Positions 39,192-48,472 of a DNA stretch of 64,000 bases are shown here, in pieces; within the stretch, counting starts at the first letter, position 1; every line of letters starts with the position of its first letter. Both the position numbers and the translations under genes were made by a program. The stretch lies in contig CAXXTG010000171.1 of NCBI GenBank assembly GCA_963666855.2, forward strand, positions 3,943 to 67,942. Direction: 5' to 3'. The DNA comes from Vicinamibacterales bacterium. Its GTDB lineage: Bacteria; Acidobacteriota; Vicinamibacteria; Vicinamibacterales; UBA8438. Under the pieces are notes generated by a model. It worked only from the letters and a program-made list of their open reading frames with translations. It did no database searches and was not told where the DNA came from.

Positions 39192-39332
39192 CTATTCTAC
39201 CTCAACCGGCGCCGGCTCGGCGAGAAAATCGATCGCGCCGAGCGCGGCATGGTTCGTCCAGTCCGGATGCAGGGGCGTGACCGACACCCGGCCGGCCCGC
39301 ACCGCCTCGTAGTCGGACCCTTCGTCGGGCTT
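39192..39332 (-). pseudogene. surE: 3'-terminal remnant of surE (5'/3'-nucleotidase), 46 codons
   Basis: The minus-strand translation is KPDEGSDYEAVRAGRVSVTPLHPDWTNHAALGAIDFLAEPAPVEVE*. This matches the conserved SurE C-terminus (E. coli [24 protein letters not shown]...). An in-frame TAG lies immediately upstream and hyi ends at 39412, so no room is left for the other roughly 200 codons. Confidence 0.75.
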
Positions 39333-39411
39333 CTACGCGGGACGGGCGGGGGCGATGCGGACCGCCGCCGCTCTTCTCCGGCCGGAGGAACCCCGACGCC
39401 GGCCGGCGGGC

Positions 39412-40176
39412 TCACCGGGCGCGCGCCGGGTCGATGCCCCAGGGCCGCGCCCACCCGAGCCCCGCGAGGGTGTCGCCGGCGGGGCGGTACTCGCAGCCCA
39501 CCCAGCGCTCGTAGCCCTGTTCGTCCAGCACGTCGAACAGGTACGGATAGTGCACCTCCTGCGATCTGTCGGGCTCGTGCCGGCCGGGAACCCCGGCGAT
39601 CTGGACGTGGCTGATGACGTCGAGGTTGGCCCTGATGGTCTCGGCGAGGAAGCCCTCCATGATCTGCATATGGTAGACGTCGTACTGCAGGAAGACGTTG
39701 TCCTCCCCCACCCGGTCGATGATGCGGCGCGCATCCGCGGTGCGGGTCAGGAAGTAGCCGGGCATGTCCCGCGTGTTGAGCGGCTCGATCAGCAGCCGCA
39801 CCCCCAGGGGCCGCGCCGCCGCGGACGCGCGCCGCAGGTTCGCCACGAACGTGGACCCGGCCCGCGCGTCGTCGGTGGTCCCCGCCGGGCAGTGCACCTG
39901 CCGGCAGCCCGCGGCCCGGCAGTATTCGAGGGCCCGGGCCACGCCCGCGTCGAACTCCGCCTCGCGCCCGGGGACCGCGCCGACCATGGACGGCAGGTTG
40001 AAGAGGACCGCCTCGAGGCCGCTGCCGCGGTACGCCGACGCGACCTCCTCGGCGGTGTGCCCGTAGGGATTCTGAATCTCCGCCCCGGCGAACCCGGCCC
40101 GCGCGGCTGGCGCGAACCGGTCGAGCATGTCGACCTCGCGGAACATCATCGAGAAGTTGGCGGCGAGCTTCGGCAT
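39412..40176 (-). CDS. Hydroxypyruvate isomerase family protein (xylose-isomerase-like TIM barrel)
   Basis: MPKLAANFSMMFREV..., LLIEPLN, FLQYDVYHMQIMEG, HVQIAG.PGRHEP. 254 aa from ATG 40176. Confidence 0.85.
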   Translation of the reverse strand: MPKLAANFSMMFREVDMLDRFAPAARAGFAGAEIQNPYGHTAEEVASAYRGSGLEAVLFNLPSMVGAVPGREAEFDAGVARALEYCRAAGCRQVHCPAGTTDDARAGSTFVANLRRASAAARPLGVRLLIEPLNTRDMPGYFLTRTADARRIIDRVGEDNVFLQYDVYHMQIMEGFLAETIRANLDVISHVQIAGVPGRHEPDRSQEVHYPYLFDVLDEQGYERWVGCEYRPAGDTLAGLGWARPWGIDPARAR

Positions 40177-40203
40177 GGCTCCAGACGGTATCATGAACGG
40201 AGG

Positions 40204-41211
40204 ATGGCCCGACCGTCGCCCCCCCGACCGTTCGACGCGGTGCTGCTCGTCAGCTTCGGCGGCCCCCAGGGACTCGAAGACATCCGGCCCTTCCTCGCCA
40301 ACGTGCTGCGCGGGCGCCGCGTGCCGCCCGCCCGCGTCGAGGAGGTGGCGCGGCACTACGAGCGATTCGGCGGCGTGTCGCCCATCACCGAGCTGACGCG
40401 GCGGCAGGCGGCGGGGCTGCGGGCGCGGCTCGACCGCGACGGCCCGCCCCTGCCCGTCTACGTCGGCATGCGCAACTGGCATCCGTTCCTCGCCGACACC
40501 CTGCGCGAGATGGCGGACGCGGGGGTCCGGCGGGCGGTGGGCCTGATCCTCGCCGGGTTCCGGTCCTGGTCGAGCTGCGGACAGTACCGCGAAAACGTGC
40601 TGGCCGCGCGCCGCGAGCTCCGCGCCGCCGGCCGTCCCGACGTCGAGGTGTCCTACGTTGGGGACTGGCACGCCCACGAGCGCTTCATCGAGGCGTGGGC
40701 GGCGCGGGTCGAGGCGGCGCTGGACGCCCTGCCGGCGTCCGGGCGCGACCGCGCCCGGCTCGTGTTCACGGCGCACAGCATCCCCGTCGACATGGCCGCC
40801 TCGGAGACGTACCGCGAGCAACTGGCCGTGTCGGCCCGCCTCGTCGCCGCGCGCCTGGGGCGCGGCGACTGGGCCCTCGTCTACCAGAGCCGCAGCGGGC
40901 GCCCGCAGGACCCGTGGCTCGAGCCCGACGTGTGCGACTATCTGCGGACCGCCGCCGCGGACGGGCTGAAGGCGGCGGTCCTCTGTCCGCTGGGGTTCGT
41001 GGCCGACCACGTCGAGGTGCTCTACGACCTCGACGTCGAGGCGGCGGCGGTCTGCGCCGACCTCGGCGTCACGATGCGCCGCGCCGCCGCCGTCAACGAC
41101 GACCCGCGCTTCCTCGATATGATGGCGGACATCGTGCGGTCGACCGTGGGACGCTACCGCGGCGGCCGGCCCCTGCCGATCTGCGCCGCTCCGGATCCGC
41201 CGGCCGCCTGA
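40204..41211 (+). CDS. hemH: Ferrochelatase
   Basis: VLLVSFGGP, YVGMRNWHP, FTAHSIP, GFVADHVEVLYDLD. ATG 40204 lies behind GGAGG. Confidence 0.92.
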   Translation: MARPSPPRPFDAVLLVSFGGPQGLEDIRPFLANVLRGRRVPPARVEEVARHYERFGGVSPITELTRRQAAGLRARLDRDGPPLPVYVGMRNWHPFLADTLREMADAGVRRAVGLILAGFRSWSSCGQYRENVLAARRELRAAGRPDVEVSYVGDWHAHERFIEAWAARVEAALDALPASGRDRARLVFTAHSIPVDMAASETYREQLAVSARLVAARLGRGDWALVYQSRSGRPQDPWLEPDVCDYLRTAAADGLKAAVLCPLGFVADHVEVLYDLDVEAAAVCADLGVTMRRAAAVNDDPRFLDMMADIVRSTVGRYRGGRPLPICAAPDPPAA

Positions 41212-41283
41212 TGCGGCGGCCTTTCGGCAAGCCGCGGGCCGCCCGCTGCGGCGGCGTATCCGGCAAAGCGGCGGCCTCGACCC
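41210..41283. repeat. 2 x 37-bp tandem repeat of the same family as 34097-34212
   Basis: GATGCGGCGGCCTTTCGGCAAGCCGCGGGCCGCCCGC followed by TGCGGCGGCGTATCCGGCAAAGCGGCGGCCTCGACCC. They share the ATGCGG...CGGCAA(A)GC...GGG core with the 34173 unit. Confidence 0.7.
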
Positions 41284-41428
41284 GACCGGCCCGCGGCGGC
41301 GGCGCCGACGGCCTGGATCGCCGTATTCGGCTCCGCTGGGCGCCCAACCAGTCACCGGGACGACGAAGGCTTGCGGAGGCGTCTCCCCCGCCGTCCCTGC
41401 TTCGACGATGACGGAGACGCCCGGGGCG

Positions 41429-41863
41429 TTATCCCGCGACCGGCTCGGGGGCGCAGTGCTTGTCGAACGCCGCCGTCAACTGGGCGGCGATGGCGGGCGC
41501 TTCCTGGTTCTCGATCTGGTGCCGCTCCATGAAGTAGATGAGCTTGCCGTCGCGGAGCAGGGCGATCGACGGCGACGAGGGCGGATACCCGGTGAAGTAG
41601 CCGCGGGCCCGCTCGGTGGCCTCGATGTCCGCGCCCGCGAACACGGTGGTGAGGTGGTCGGGCTTGACGGTGTGCTGCAGCGAGAGCGCCACGCCGGGGC
41701 GGGCCCGGCCGGCGGCGCAGCCGCACACCGAGTTGACGACGACCATCGTCGTCCCCGGGGTCTTGGCCAGGGCCTCGTCGACCTCCCCGGCCGTCCGCAG
41801 CTCGCGGACGCCGAACCGGGTCAGCTCCTCGCGCATCGGCGCGATCATGAATTCTGGATACAA
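41429..41863 (-). CDS. Bacilliredoxin (BrxA/BrxB, YphP/YqiW family)
   Basis: PMREELTRFG, redox motif VVNSVCGCAAG, FTGYPPSSPSIALL, FDKHC. A TTG start at 41863 is proposed, 7 nt downstream of AAAGGAG. Confidence 0.85.
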   Translation of the reverse strand: MYPEFMIAPMREELTRFGVRELRTAGEVDEALAKTPGTTMVVVNSVCGCAAGRARPGVALSLQHTVKPDHLTTVFAGADIEATERARGYFTGYPPSSPSIALLRDGKLIYFMERHQIENQEAPAIAAQLTAAFDKHCAPEPVAG

Positions 41864-41939
41864 ACGGATGCTCCTTTCAGTGCGTTCCCGTCTTTCAGAG
41901 TAGCACAGGACGCGCCGGTGTCGGCCGGCCGACATGCGG

Positions 41940-43418
41940 TCAGGCGCCGCCCCGCAGGCTGGCCGCGGCGATGCGGCGGTTGAACGCGAGCAGCAGGGCC
42001 AGCGCGATCCCCCACTGGAGCAGGCAGGTGCCCAGCGAGTTGACCCGCGCCGGGTTCCACCAGCCGGCCGGGTCGAAGACCGCCACCGCCTGGTACGTCC
42101 ACCACGCGAACATGGCCAGGAATTCGATCGGCAGCAGCCACGTCACCACCCATTCCCAGGCGCGCCCGGCGCGGAGGTGGCCCGCCGACACGTCGACCAG
42201 TTCGCGCCGGAAACGCCCGACACCGAAGCGCCGCACCCCCGTCGCGATGCACAGCCCGCTGATCATGAGGGCGAGGCCCCACACCCAGTCCTGGTTGTCG
42301 AAGACGCTGAGGCTGGCCGCCGACGGCGCCCCCCCGACGATGACCGCCGCGGCGACCCAGCGGATGGCCCGCGGCCTCGGCATCCCCGTGTCCATCAGGA
42401 GGCGCGCGGCCAGCTCGAACATCGCGATCAGCGACGACAGCGCCGCGCAGAACAGGGCGAGGAAGAACAGCGGCAGGAACACGCCGCCGGCCGGAATGCG
42501 GTCGAAGAGCTGGGGGATCCAGATGAAGGTCAGGCCCTGGTTGCCGCTCGCCATCACCGCGAGGGCCTCGTTCTCGGAAAGTATCGCGAACGCGGTCGGC
42601 ACGATGGCCATGCCCGCGAGGAGCGAGGCGGTGTTGTTGCCGATCCCGATGGCGGTGGAGTTGAGCACGACGTCCTCTTCGCGCTTCACGTACACCGCGT
42701 AGGTGAGGATGAGGCCCCAGCCCGCCCCCGTCGACCACGCCGACTGGGTCAGCGCCTCGAGCCACGTGCGGTAGCTGCCGAGCAGGGACAGGTCGGGGTT
42801 GAAGAGGAAGCCGAGCCCGCGGCCCGCCCCCGGCAGGGTCACCGAGCGCGCGACCGCCACCACCAGCAGGACGAACAGGGTCGGGATGAGCACCCGGTTG
42901 GCGCGCTCGATGCCGGCCACGACGCCGCGGCTGATGATGGCGGCGGCAATGAGCACCGCCGCGATCTGAAACGCGAGGGGCTGCCAGACCGAGGCGCTGA
43001 AGGTCGTCCAGTACTCCTCGGCGGCCGCGCCCCGCAGGCCGCCGAGCAGCGTCACCGCGAAGTACTTCAGGGTCCAGCCCGTCACCACCGAGTAGTAGAA
43101 CAGGATCATCACGCTGGTGACGGCGACGAAGCCCCCCATCCACGCCCAGCGCCGCCCCACGAGGTCCGCGAAGGCTCCGATGACCCCGCGCCGGCTGCCG
43201 CGGCCGAGCCCGAACTCGGCGATGAGCAGCGGCAGCGACCACAGGAACAGGAACAGCAGCCACGGAATCAGGAACGCGGCCCCGCCGTTCTCGGCCGCGA
43301 CGCGGGGGAACCGCCACAGGTTGCCGGTGCCGACGGCCATCCCCAGCCCCGCGAGGATCAGCCCCCACCGCGACGAGAAGCGGTCTTGTGCTGCCATGCC
43401 GAAGGAACTATCGGCCAT
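41940..43418 (-). CDS. Sodium-dependent transporter, neurotransmitter:sodium symporter (SNF) family
   Basis: SRWGLILAGLGMAVGTGNLWRFP and GGAAFLIPWLLFLFLWSLPLL, about 11-12 TM helices. The start is ATG 43418 or ATG 43397. Confidence 0.9.
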   Translation of the reverse strand: MADSSFGMAAQDRFSSRWGLILAGLGMAVGTGNLWRFPRVAAENGGAAFLIPWLLFLFLWSLPLLIAEFGLGRGSRRGVIGAFADLVGRRWAWMGGFVAVTSVMILFYYSVVTGWTLKYFAVTLLGGLRGAAAEEYWTTFSASVWQPLAFQIAAVLIAAAIISRGVVAGIERANRVLIPTLFVLLVVAVARSVTLPGAGRGLGFLFNPDLSLLGSYRTWLEALTQSAWSTGAGWGLILTYAVYVKREEDVVLNSTAIGIGNNTASLLAGMAIVPTAFAILSENEALAVMASGNQGLTFIWIPQLFDRIPAGGVFLPLFFLALFCAALSSLIAMFELAARLLMDTGMPRPRAIRWVAAAVIVGGAPSAASLSVFDNQDWVWGLALMISGLCIATGVRRFGVGRFRRELVDVSAGHLRAGRAWEWVVTWLLPIEFLAMFAWWTYQAVAVFDPAGWWNPARVNSLGTCLLQWGIALALLLAFNRRIAAASLRGGA

Positions 43419-43446
43419 TGCGGAACGTCAATCAAGATGCTATCAT
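43418..43446 (+). promoter_or_regulatory. Candidate sigma-70 promoter for clpB inside an AT-rich island
   Basis: TTGCGG (43418-43423), 17 nt, TATCAT (43441-43446). The surrounding 43431-43484 has only 10 G/C in 54 nt. Confidence 0.3.
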
Positions 43447-43571
43447 CAATATAAAAATATATGCTTGTTTAATAATCATATTTTGGCTCCCGCGACAGGT
43501 TCTCCGCGCGCCCCGCACGCGCCGACCTGCCCCGGGGATGCGAGGACGCGACGACGGCGGAAGGAGGAACC

Positions 43572-46186
43572 ATGAATCTCAAGCGCTATACGGAGAAGTC
43601 GCAGGAGGCCGTGCTGGCCGCGCAGCAGCTCGCGGAACGGCGCCGCCACCCGCAGATCGAGCCCGAACACCTGCTCGTCGCCCTCATCGATCAGCCCGAC
43701 GGCGTCGTGCCGGCGGTGCTGCGGCGGCTGGGCGTCGAGCCGCCCCGGGTCCTCCGGGAAGCCGGGGAATGGCTCGCGCGGCGGCCGCAGACCCACGGCG
43801 GGTCGGAGGCCGGGCCGTCGCCGCGCCTGCGCGCGGTGGCGCGGGCGGCGGAACGCGAGGCGGAGCGGCTGCGGGACGACTACGTCAGCACCGAGCATCT
43901 CCTGCTGGCCGTCACCCTGGAGGGCGGCCGGGCCGAGGCGGCCCGGCTGCTGACGGCGCACGGGGTCACGTCGGCCCGGGTCCTCGAGGCGCTGTCCGCG
44001 GTCCGCGGCGGCCAGCGGGTCACCGACCCGCACCCCGAGGGCAAGTACGAGGCCCTCGAGCGCTACGGCCGCGACCTCACCGAGGCGGCGAAGCGGGACC
44101 GCCTCGACCCCGTCATCGGGCGCGACGACGAGATCCGGCGCACCCTGCAGGTGCTCTCGCGGCGCACCAAGAACAACCCCGTGCTCATCGGCGAGCCGGG
44201 GGTCGGCAAGACCGCCATCGTCGAGGGCCTCGCCCACCGCATCGCGCGGGGCGACGTGCCCGAGGGCTTGAAGGACAAGCGGATCATCAGCCTCGACCTC
44301 GGGGCCCTGGTGGCGGGCGCGAAGTACCGGGGCGAGTTCGAGGAGCGCCTCAAGGCGGTGCTGAAGGAGATCGCCGACTCGGAAGGCCGCATCGTCCTGT
44401 TCATCGACGAACTGCACACGGTGGTCGGGGCGGGCGCGGCCGAGGGCGCCATCGACGCCTCGAACCTCCTCAAGCCGATGCTCGCGCGCGGCGAACTGCA
44501 CACCATCGGGGCCACCACCCTCGACGAGTACCGGAAGCACATCGAGAAGGACGCCGCCCTCGAGCGGCGCTTCCAGCCCGTGCTCGTCTCCGAGCCGACG
44601 GTGGAGGACACCATCAGCATCCTCCGCGGTCTGCGCGAGCGCTACGAGATCCACCACGGCGTGCAGTTCAAGGACGCCGCCCTGGTGGCCGCCGCCACCC
44701 TTTCCCACCGCTACATCGCCGACCGCTTCCTGCCCGACAAGGCCATCGACCTCGTCGACGAGGCGGCGGCGAAGCTGCGGACCGAGATCGACTCGCTGCC
44801 GGCGGAGCTCGACGAGGTCGAGCGGCGCGTCATGCAGCTCGAGATCGAGCGCGAAGCCCTGCGCAAGGAGAAGGACGCGGCGTCGGCCGAGCGCCTGGAA
44901 CGGCTCGAGCGCGAACTCGCCGACCTCAAGGAGAGCCGCACGCGCCTCCACGCCCAGTGGCAGCGGGAGAAGGCGGCCATCCAGGCGACGCGCGGCCTGA
45001 CCGAGGAGCTCGAGCGGGTCCGCCTCGCCATCGAACGGGCCCAGCGCGAGGGCGACTACGCGCGGGCGTCGGAGCTGCAGTACGGCCGGCTGCCCGAGCT
45101 CGAGCGCGAGGTCGCGGCGCAGTCACCGGCCGAGGGCGACGGAGGGCGGGAACGGGGGCCGCATGCTCAAGGAGCAGGTCGACGACGCGGACATCGCCGA
45201 GGTCGTCAGCCGGTGGACCCGCATCCCCGTCAGCCGGCTCGTCGAGGGCGAGATCGAGAAGCTGCTGCAGATGGAGGGCCGGCTCCACGAACGGGTGGTC
45301 GGGCAGGACGAGGCGGTCGCCGCGGTGTCGAACGCCATCCGCCGGGCCCGGGCGGGGCTGCAGGACCCGGCGCGCCCCCTGGGGAGCTTCATCTTCCTCG
45401 GGCCGACGGGGGTCGGCAAGACCGAGCTGGCCCGGGCCCTCGCCCGGTTCCTGTTCGACGACGAGCGCGCGATGGTCCGCATCGACATGACCGAGTACCA
45501 GGAGAAGCACACCGTGGCGCGGATGATCGGGGCGCCCCCGGGGTACGTCGGCTACGACGACGCCGGGCCAGTTGACCGAGGCGGTGCGGCGCCGCCCCTA
45601 CGCGGTGGTGCTCTTCGACGAGGTCGAGAAGGCCCACCCCGACGTGCTCAACGTGCTGCTGCAGCTCCTCGACGACGGGCAGCTCACCGACGGCAAGGGC
45701 CGCACCGTCGACTTCAAGAACGCGGTCGTGATCATGACGTCGAACCTGGGCAGCCAGTTCATCGCGGAGGAGGCGGGCCGTGCGGGCGGTGACGGCGAGG
45801 CCGTGCGCGGGCGGGTCTTCGAGGCCCTGCAGGCGCACTTCCGGCCCGAGTTCATCAACCGCATCGACGACGTCATCCTGTTCCACGCGTTGGGCCGCGA
45901 CCACGTGCGCGAGATCATCCGCATCCAGCTCGGGCGGCTCACCGAGCGGCTGGCGGACCGCCGGATGAGCATCGAGCTGTCCGACGCGGCGCTGGACCTG
46001 CTCGCGGAACGCGGCTTCGATCCGGTCTACGGGGCGCGCCCGCTCAAGCGCACGGTGCAGCGGATGGTGCTCGACCCGCTGGCGCGGCGCCTGCTCGATC
46101 ACGAGCTGCGCGAGGGCGCGCACGTCCGGGTGGACGCGGCCGGCGATGAGTTGGCGTTCGAGACGGAGGAACGCGCCGCGGCGTGA
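43572..46186 (+). pseudogene. clpB: ATP-dependent chaperone ClpB, interrupted by two +1 frameshifts as assembled
   Basis: The N-domain, AAA-1 ([13 protein letters not shown]) and coiled-coil M-domain are in frame 0 up to about 45158. AAA-2 (RMLKEQV...[14 protein letters not shown]...GYVGYDDAG) is in frame 1 up to about 45567. [26 protein letters not shown]... is in frame 2, to the stop at 46186. Confidence 0.9.
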
Positions 46187-46261
46187 CCGCGAACCGCCCC
46201 GACGGCGGCGACCCTGCCCGCCGGCGCGATCCGCGAAGCGTCGGCGGAGCCGGGGCCGCTT

Positions 46262-46486
46262 CTACTCGGACGCGCCGCCGGTCGACGCGGCCTCGCACGC
46301 CTGGAAGTCGACGGTCTTGTGGGCGCCGTCGCAGAAGGGCTTGTTCGCCGAGGCCCCGCAGCGGCACAGCGCGAACGGACGCCGGGCCACCGGGTAGGCG
46401 TTGCCGTTCCAGTCGACGAGGGTCACGTCGTCGCCGGTGACCAGATACGGACCGTTCTCCCGGACCTTGATTTCCGCCATCGCCAT
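46262..46486 (-). CDS. CDGSH iron-sulfur domain protein
   Basis: 74 aa. ENGPYLVTG and CRCGASANKPFCDGAH (CDGSH-type 2Fe-2S ligands). Its ATG overlaps the rho stop (ATGA). Confidence 0.85.
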   Translation of the reverse strand: MAMAEIKVRENGPYLVTGDDVTLVDWNGNAYPVARRPFALCRCGASANKPFCDGAHKTVDFQACEAASTGGASE

Positions 46487-47859
46487 CACCCCATCTTCTG
46501 CATCGAGGCCAGGAAGTCCTGGTTCGACCGCGTCTTGCCCATCTTGTCGAGCAGCAGCTCCATCGCCTCGACCGCCGACAACGGATTCAGGACCTTCCGC
46601 AGCACCCACACCCGGTTGAGGTCCTCCGGCCCGATCAGCAGCTCTTCCTTCCGGGTGCCGCTCTTCTGGATGTCGATGGCCGGGAAGACCCGCTTGTCGA
46701 CCAGCTTGCGGTCGAGGTGGATCTCCATGTTGCCGGTCCCCTTGAACTCCTCGAAGATCACGTCGTCCATGCGCGAGCCGGTGTCGACGAGGGCGGTGGC
46801 CATGATCGTCAGCGAGCCGCCCTCCTCGATGTTCCGCGCGGCGCCGAAGAAGCGCTTCGGCTTCTGCAGCGCGTTCGAGTCGAGGCCGCCCGAGAGGACC
46901 TTGCCGGACGGGGGGATGACCGTGTTGTAGGCGCGGGCGAGCCGCGTGACCGAGTCGAGCAGGATGAACACGTCCTTCTTGTGCTCGACGAGGCGCTTGG
47001 CCTTCTCGATCACCATCTCGGCCACCTGCACGTGGCGCTGCGCCGGCTCGTCGAACGTCGACGAGATGACCTCGCCGTCGACGGAGCGCTGCATGTCGGT
47101 GACCTCCTCGGGCCGCTCGTCGATGAGCAGCACGATGAGGTAGACCTCGGAGTGGTTCGCGGCGATCGACTGCGCGATCGCCTGCAGCAGCATCGTCTTG
47201 CCGGTGCGCGGCGCGGCAACGATGAGGCCGCGCTGCCCCTTCCCGATCGGGGTCATGAGGTCCATCACGCGCGCCGACAGGTTGTCCGCGGTGGTCTCCA
47301 GGGTGACCCGCTCCTCGGGGTAGAGCGGCGTCAGGTTCTCGAAGAACAGCTTGTCGCGGGCGAAGTCGGGCGACTCGAAGTTGACCGCCTCGACCTTGAT
47401 CAGCGCGAAGTACCGCTCCCCCTCCTTGGGGGGGCGGATCTGGCCGGAGACGGTGTCCCCGGTCTGCAGGTCGAACTTGCGGATCTGCGACGGCGAGACG
47501 TAGATGTCGTCGGGGCCGGGCAGGTAGTTGTAGTCCGGAGCCCGGAGGAAGCCGAATCCGTCGGGCAGCACCTCGAGCACGCCCTCGGAGAAGATGAACC
47601 CGCTCTGCTCGGTCTGCGCCTTCAGGATCTGGAAGATCAGCTCCTGCTTGCGCATGCCGGTCGCGCCGGCGACGCTGAGGTCCTTGGCGACCTGCGTCAG
47701 CTTGGCGATGCTCATGTCCTTGAGCTCGCCGATGTTCAGGCCGTTGGCGGCCCGCCGGTTGGGCTTGGGCGGCGGCTCCGCGGCGGCCGTCTCGGCCGGC
47801 GCCGGGGCCGGGGGATGGGTGGATGGGCGCGCTGACGTGCGCTTCTGGTTCGTCGGCAT
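46486..47859 (-). CDS. rho: Transcription termination factor Rho
   Basis: N-terminal helix bundle ([21 protein letters not shown]), CSD-like RNA-binding domain ([14 protein letters not shown]), Walker A APRTGKT, and Q/R loops. About 35 extra Pro/Ala-rich residues lie at the N-terminus. Confidence 0.96.
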   Translation of the reverse strand: MPTNQKRTSARPSTHPPAPAPAETAAAEPPPKPNRRAANGLNIGELKDMSIAKLTQVAKDLSVAGATGMRKQELIFQILKAQTEQSGFIFSEGVLEVLPDGFGFLRAPDYNYLPGPDDIYVSPSQIRKFDLQTGDTVSGQIRPPKEGERYFALIKVEAVNFESPDFARDKLFFENLTPLYPEERVTLETTADNLSARVMDLMTPIGKGQRGLIVAAPRTGKTMLLQAIAQSIAANHSEVYLIVLLIDERPEEVTDMQRSVDGEVISSTFDEPAQRHVQVAEMVIEKAKRLVEHKKDVFILLDSVTRLARAYNTVIPPSGKVLSGGLDSNALQKPKRFFGAARNIEEGGSLTIMATALVDTGSRMDDVIFEEFKGTGNMEIHLDRKLVDKRVFPAIDIQKSGTRKEELLIGPEDLNRVWVLRKVLNPLSAVEAMELLLDKMGKTRSNQDFLASMQKMG

Positions 47860-47957
47860 AGGGCGGTCAGTTGGAGGTAGAAGTTCGCGAGCCGTGCGTG
47901 TGTCGGACGCGGCGCGTCCGCACGAGGCTCCGTGACGGGGAATGAATGTCGAAGCCG

Positions 47958-47987
47958 AGTATAGGCACGCCCGAACGGGCGTGTCAA
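47958..47987 (-). promoter_or_regulatory. Candidate sigma-70 promoter of rho
   Basis: On the minus strand: TTGACA (47987-47982), 18 nt, TATACT (47963-47958), about 100 nt upstream of ATG 47859. The spacer contains the perfect hairpin CACGCCC-GAAC-GGGCGTG (47966-47983), which could also terminate the upstream CoA-binding gene. Confidence 0.45.
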
Positions 47988-48028
47988 CCCGCGCGGCGGG
48001 CCGTTCGCGCGCGCCCCGCGCCGGACGG

Positions 48029-48400
48029 TCAGTAACAGGCGGGGCTCTCGCCGATGCCGACGATGCTGCACTCGAGAATCGGATCGAGGCCTAGGGCCCG
48101 GGCCCGGGCCACGACGGCGGCGCCGTCCGCGCCGGGGTTCAGCCAGACCTCCCGGATGCCCTTCCGGGCGATCTCGTCGATGACCGCCTCGCCGGCCGCC
48201 GGCTCCAGATAAACGGTCGCGACATCGATGCCGCCCGCCACGTCGAGCACCGAGGGATACGCCGGCAGCCCCTCGACGACGTCGGCGGCGGTCGTAATCG
48301 GCACCACCTCGTAGCCGGCGTGCCGGAACGCCCGGACCGCCTTGTTCCCGAACTTCCTCCGGTCCCGCGACGCGCCGACGACGGCGGCGATTCGAGCCAT
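48029..48400 (-). CDS. CoA-binding domain protein (YccU/YneT-like)
   Basis: [29 protein letters not shown] and VWLNPGA. 123 aa from ATG 48400. Confidence 0.85.
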   Translation of the reverse strand: MARIAAVVGASRDRRKFGNKAVRAFRHAGYEVVPITTAADVVEGLPAYPSVLDVAGGIDVATVYLEPAAGEAVIDEIARKGIREVWLNPGADGAAVVARARALGLDPILECSIVGIGESPACY

Positions 48401-48405
48401 GCCGC

Positions 48406-48411
48406 AGTATA
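48406..48411 (-). promoter_or_regulatory. -10-like TATACT 5 nt upstream of the CoA-binding gene start (leaderless configuration)
   Basis: The minus strand reads GGTATACTgcggcATG. There is no Shine-Dalgarno sequence. Confidence 0.3.
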
Positions 48412-48459
48412 CCGCGGCGGGCGTCGCCGCCGCCGCGGCGACCCGCGCCGCGGGCCGTA

Positions 48460-48465
48460 TACAAT
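48460..48465 (+). promoter_or_regulatory. -10-like TACAAT 7 nt upstream of the GT39 gene start (leaderless configuration)
   Basis: GTATACAATcccgcccGTG. There is no Shine-Dalgarno sequence. Confidence 0.3.
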
Positions 48466-48472
48466 CCCGCCC

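Noticed and set aside
40655-40690. Sigma-54 promoter-like TGGCAC words (for example CTGGCACGCCCACGAGC in hemH, TGGCACCATGCAGGC near 50780, TGGCACCGCGG near 62690).
   Set aside because: None has the required TTGC(A/T) element 5 nt downstream. Most are inside coding sequence.
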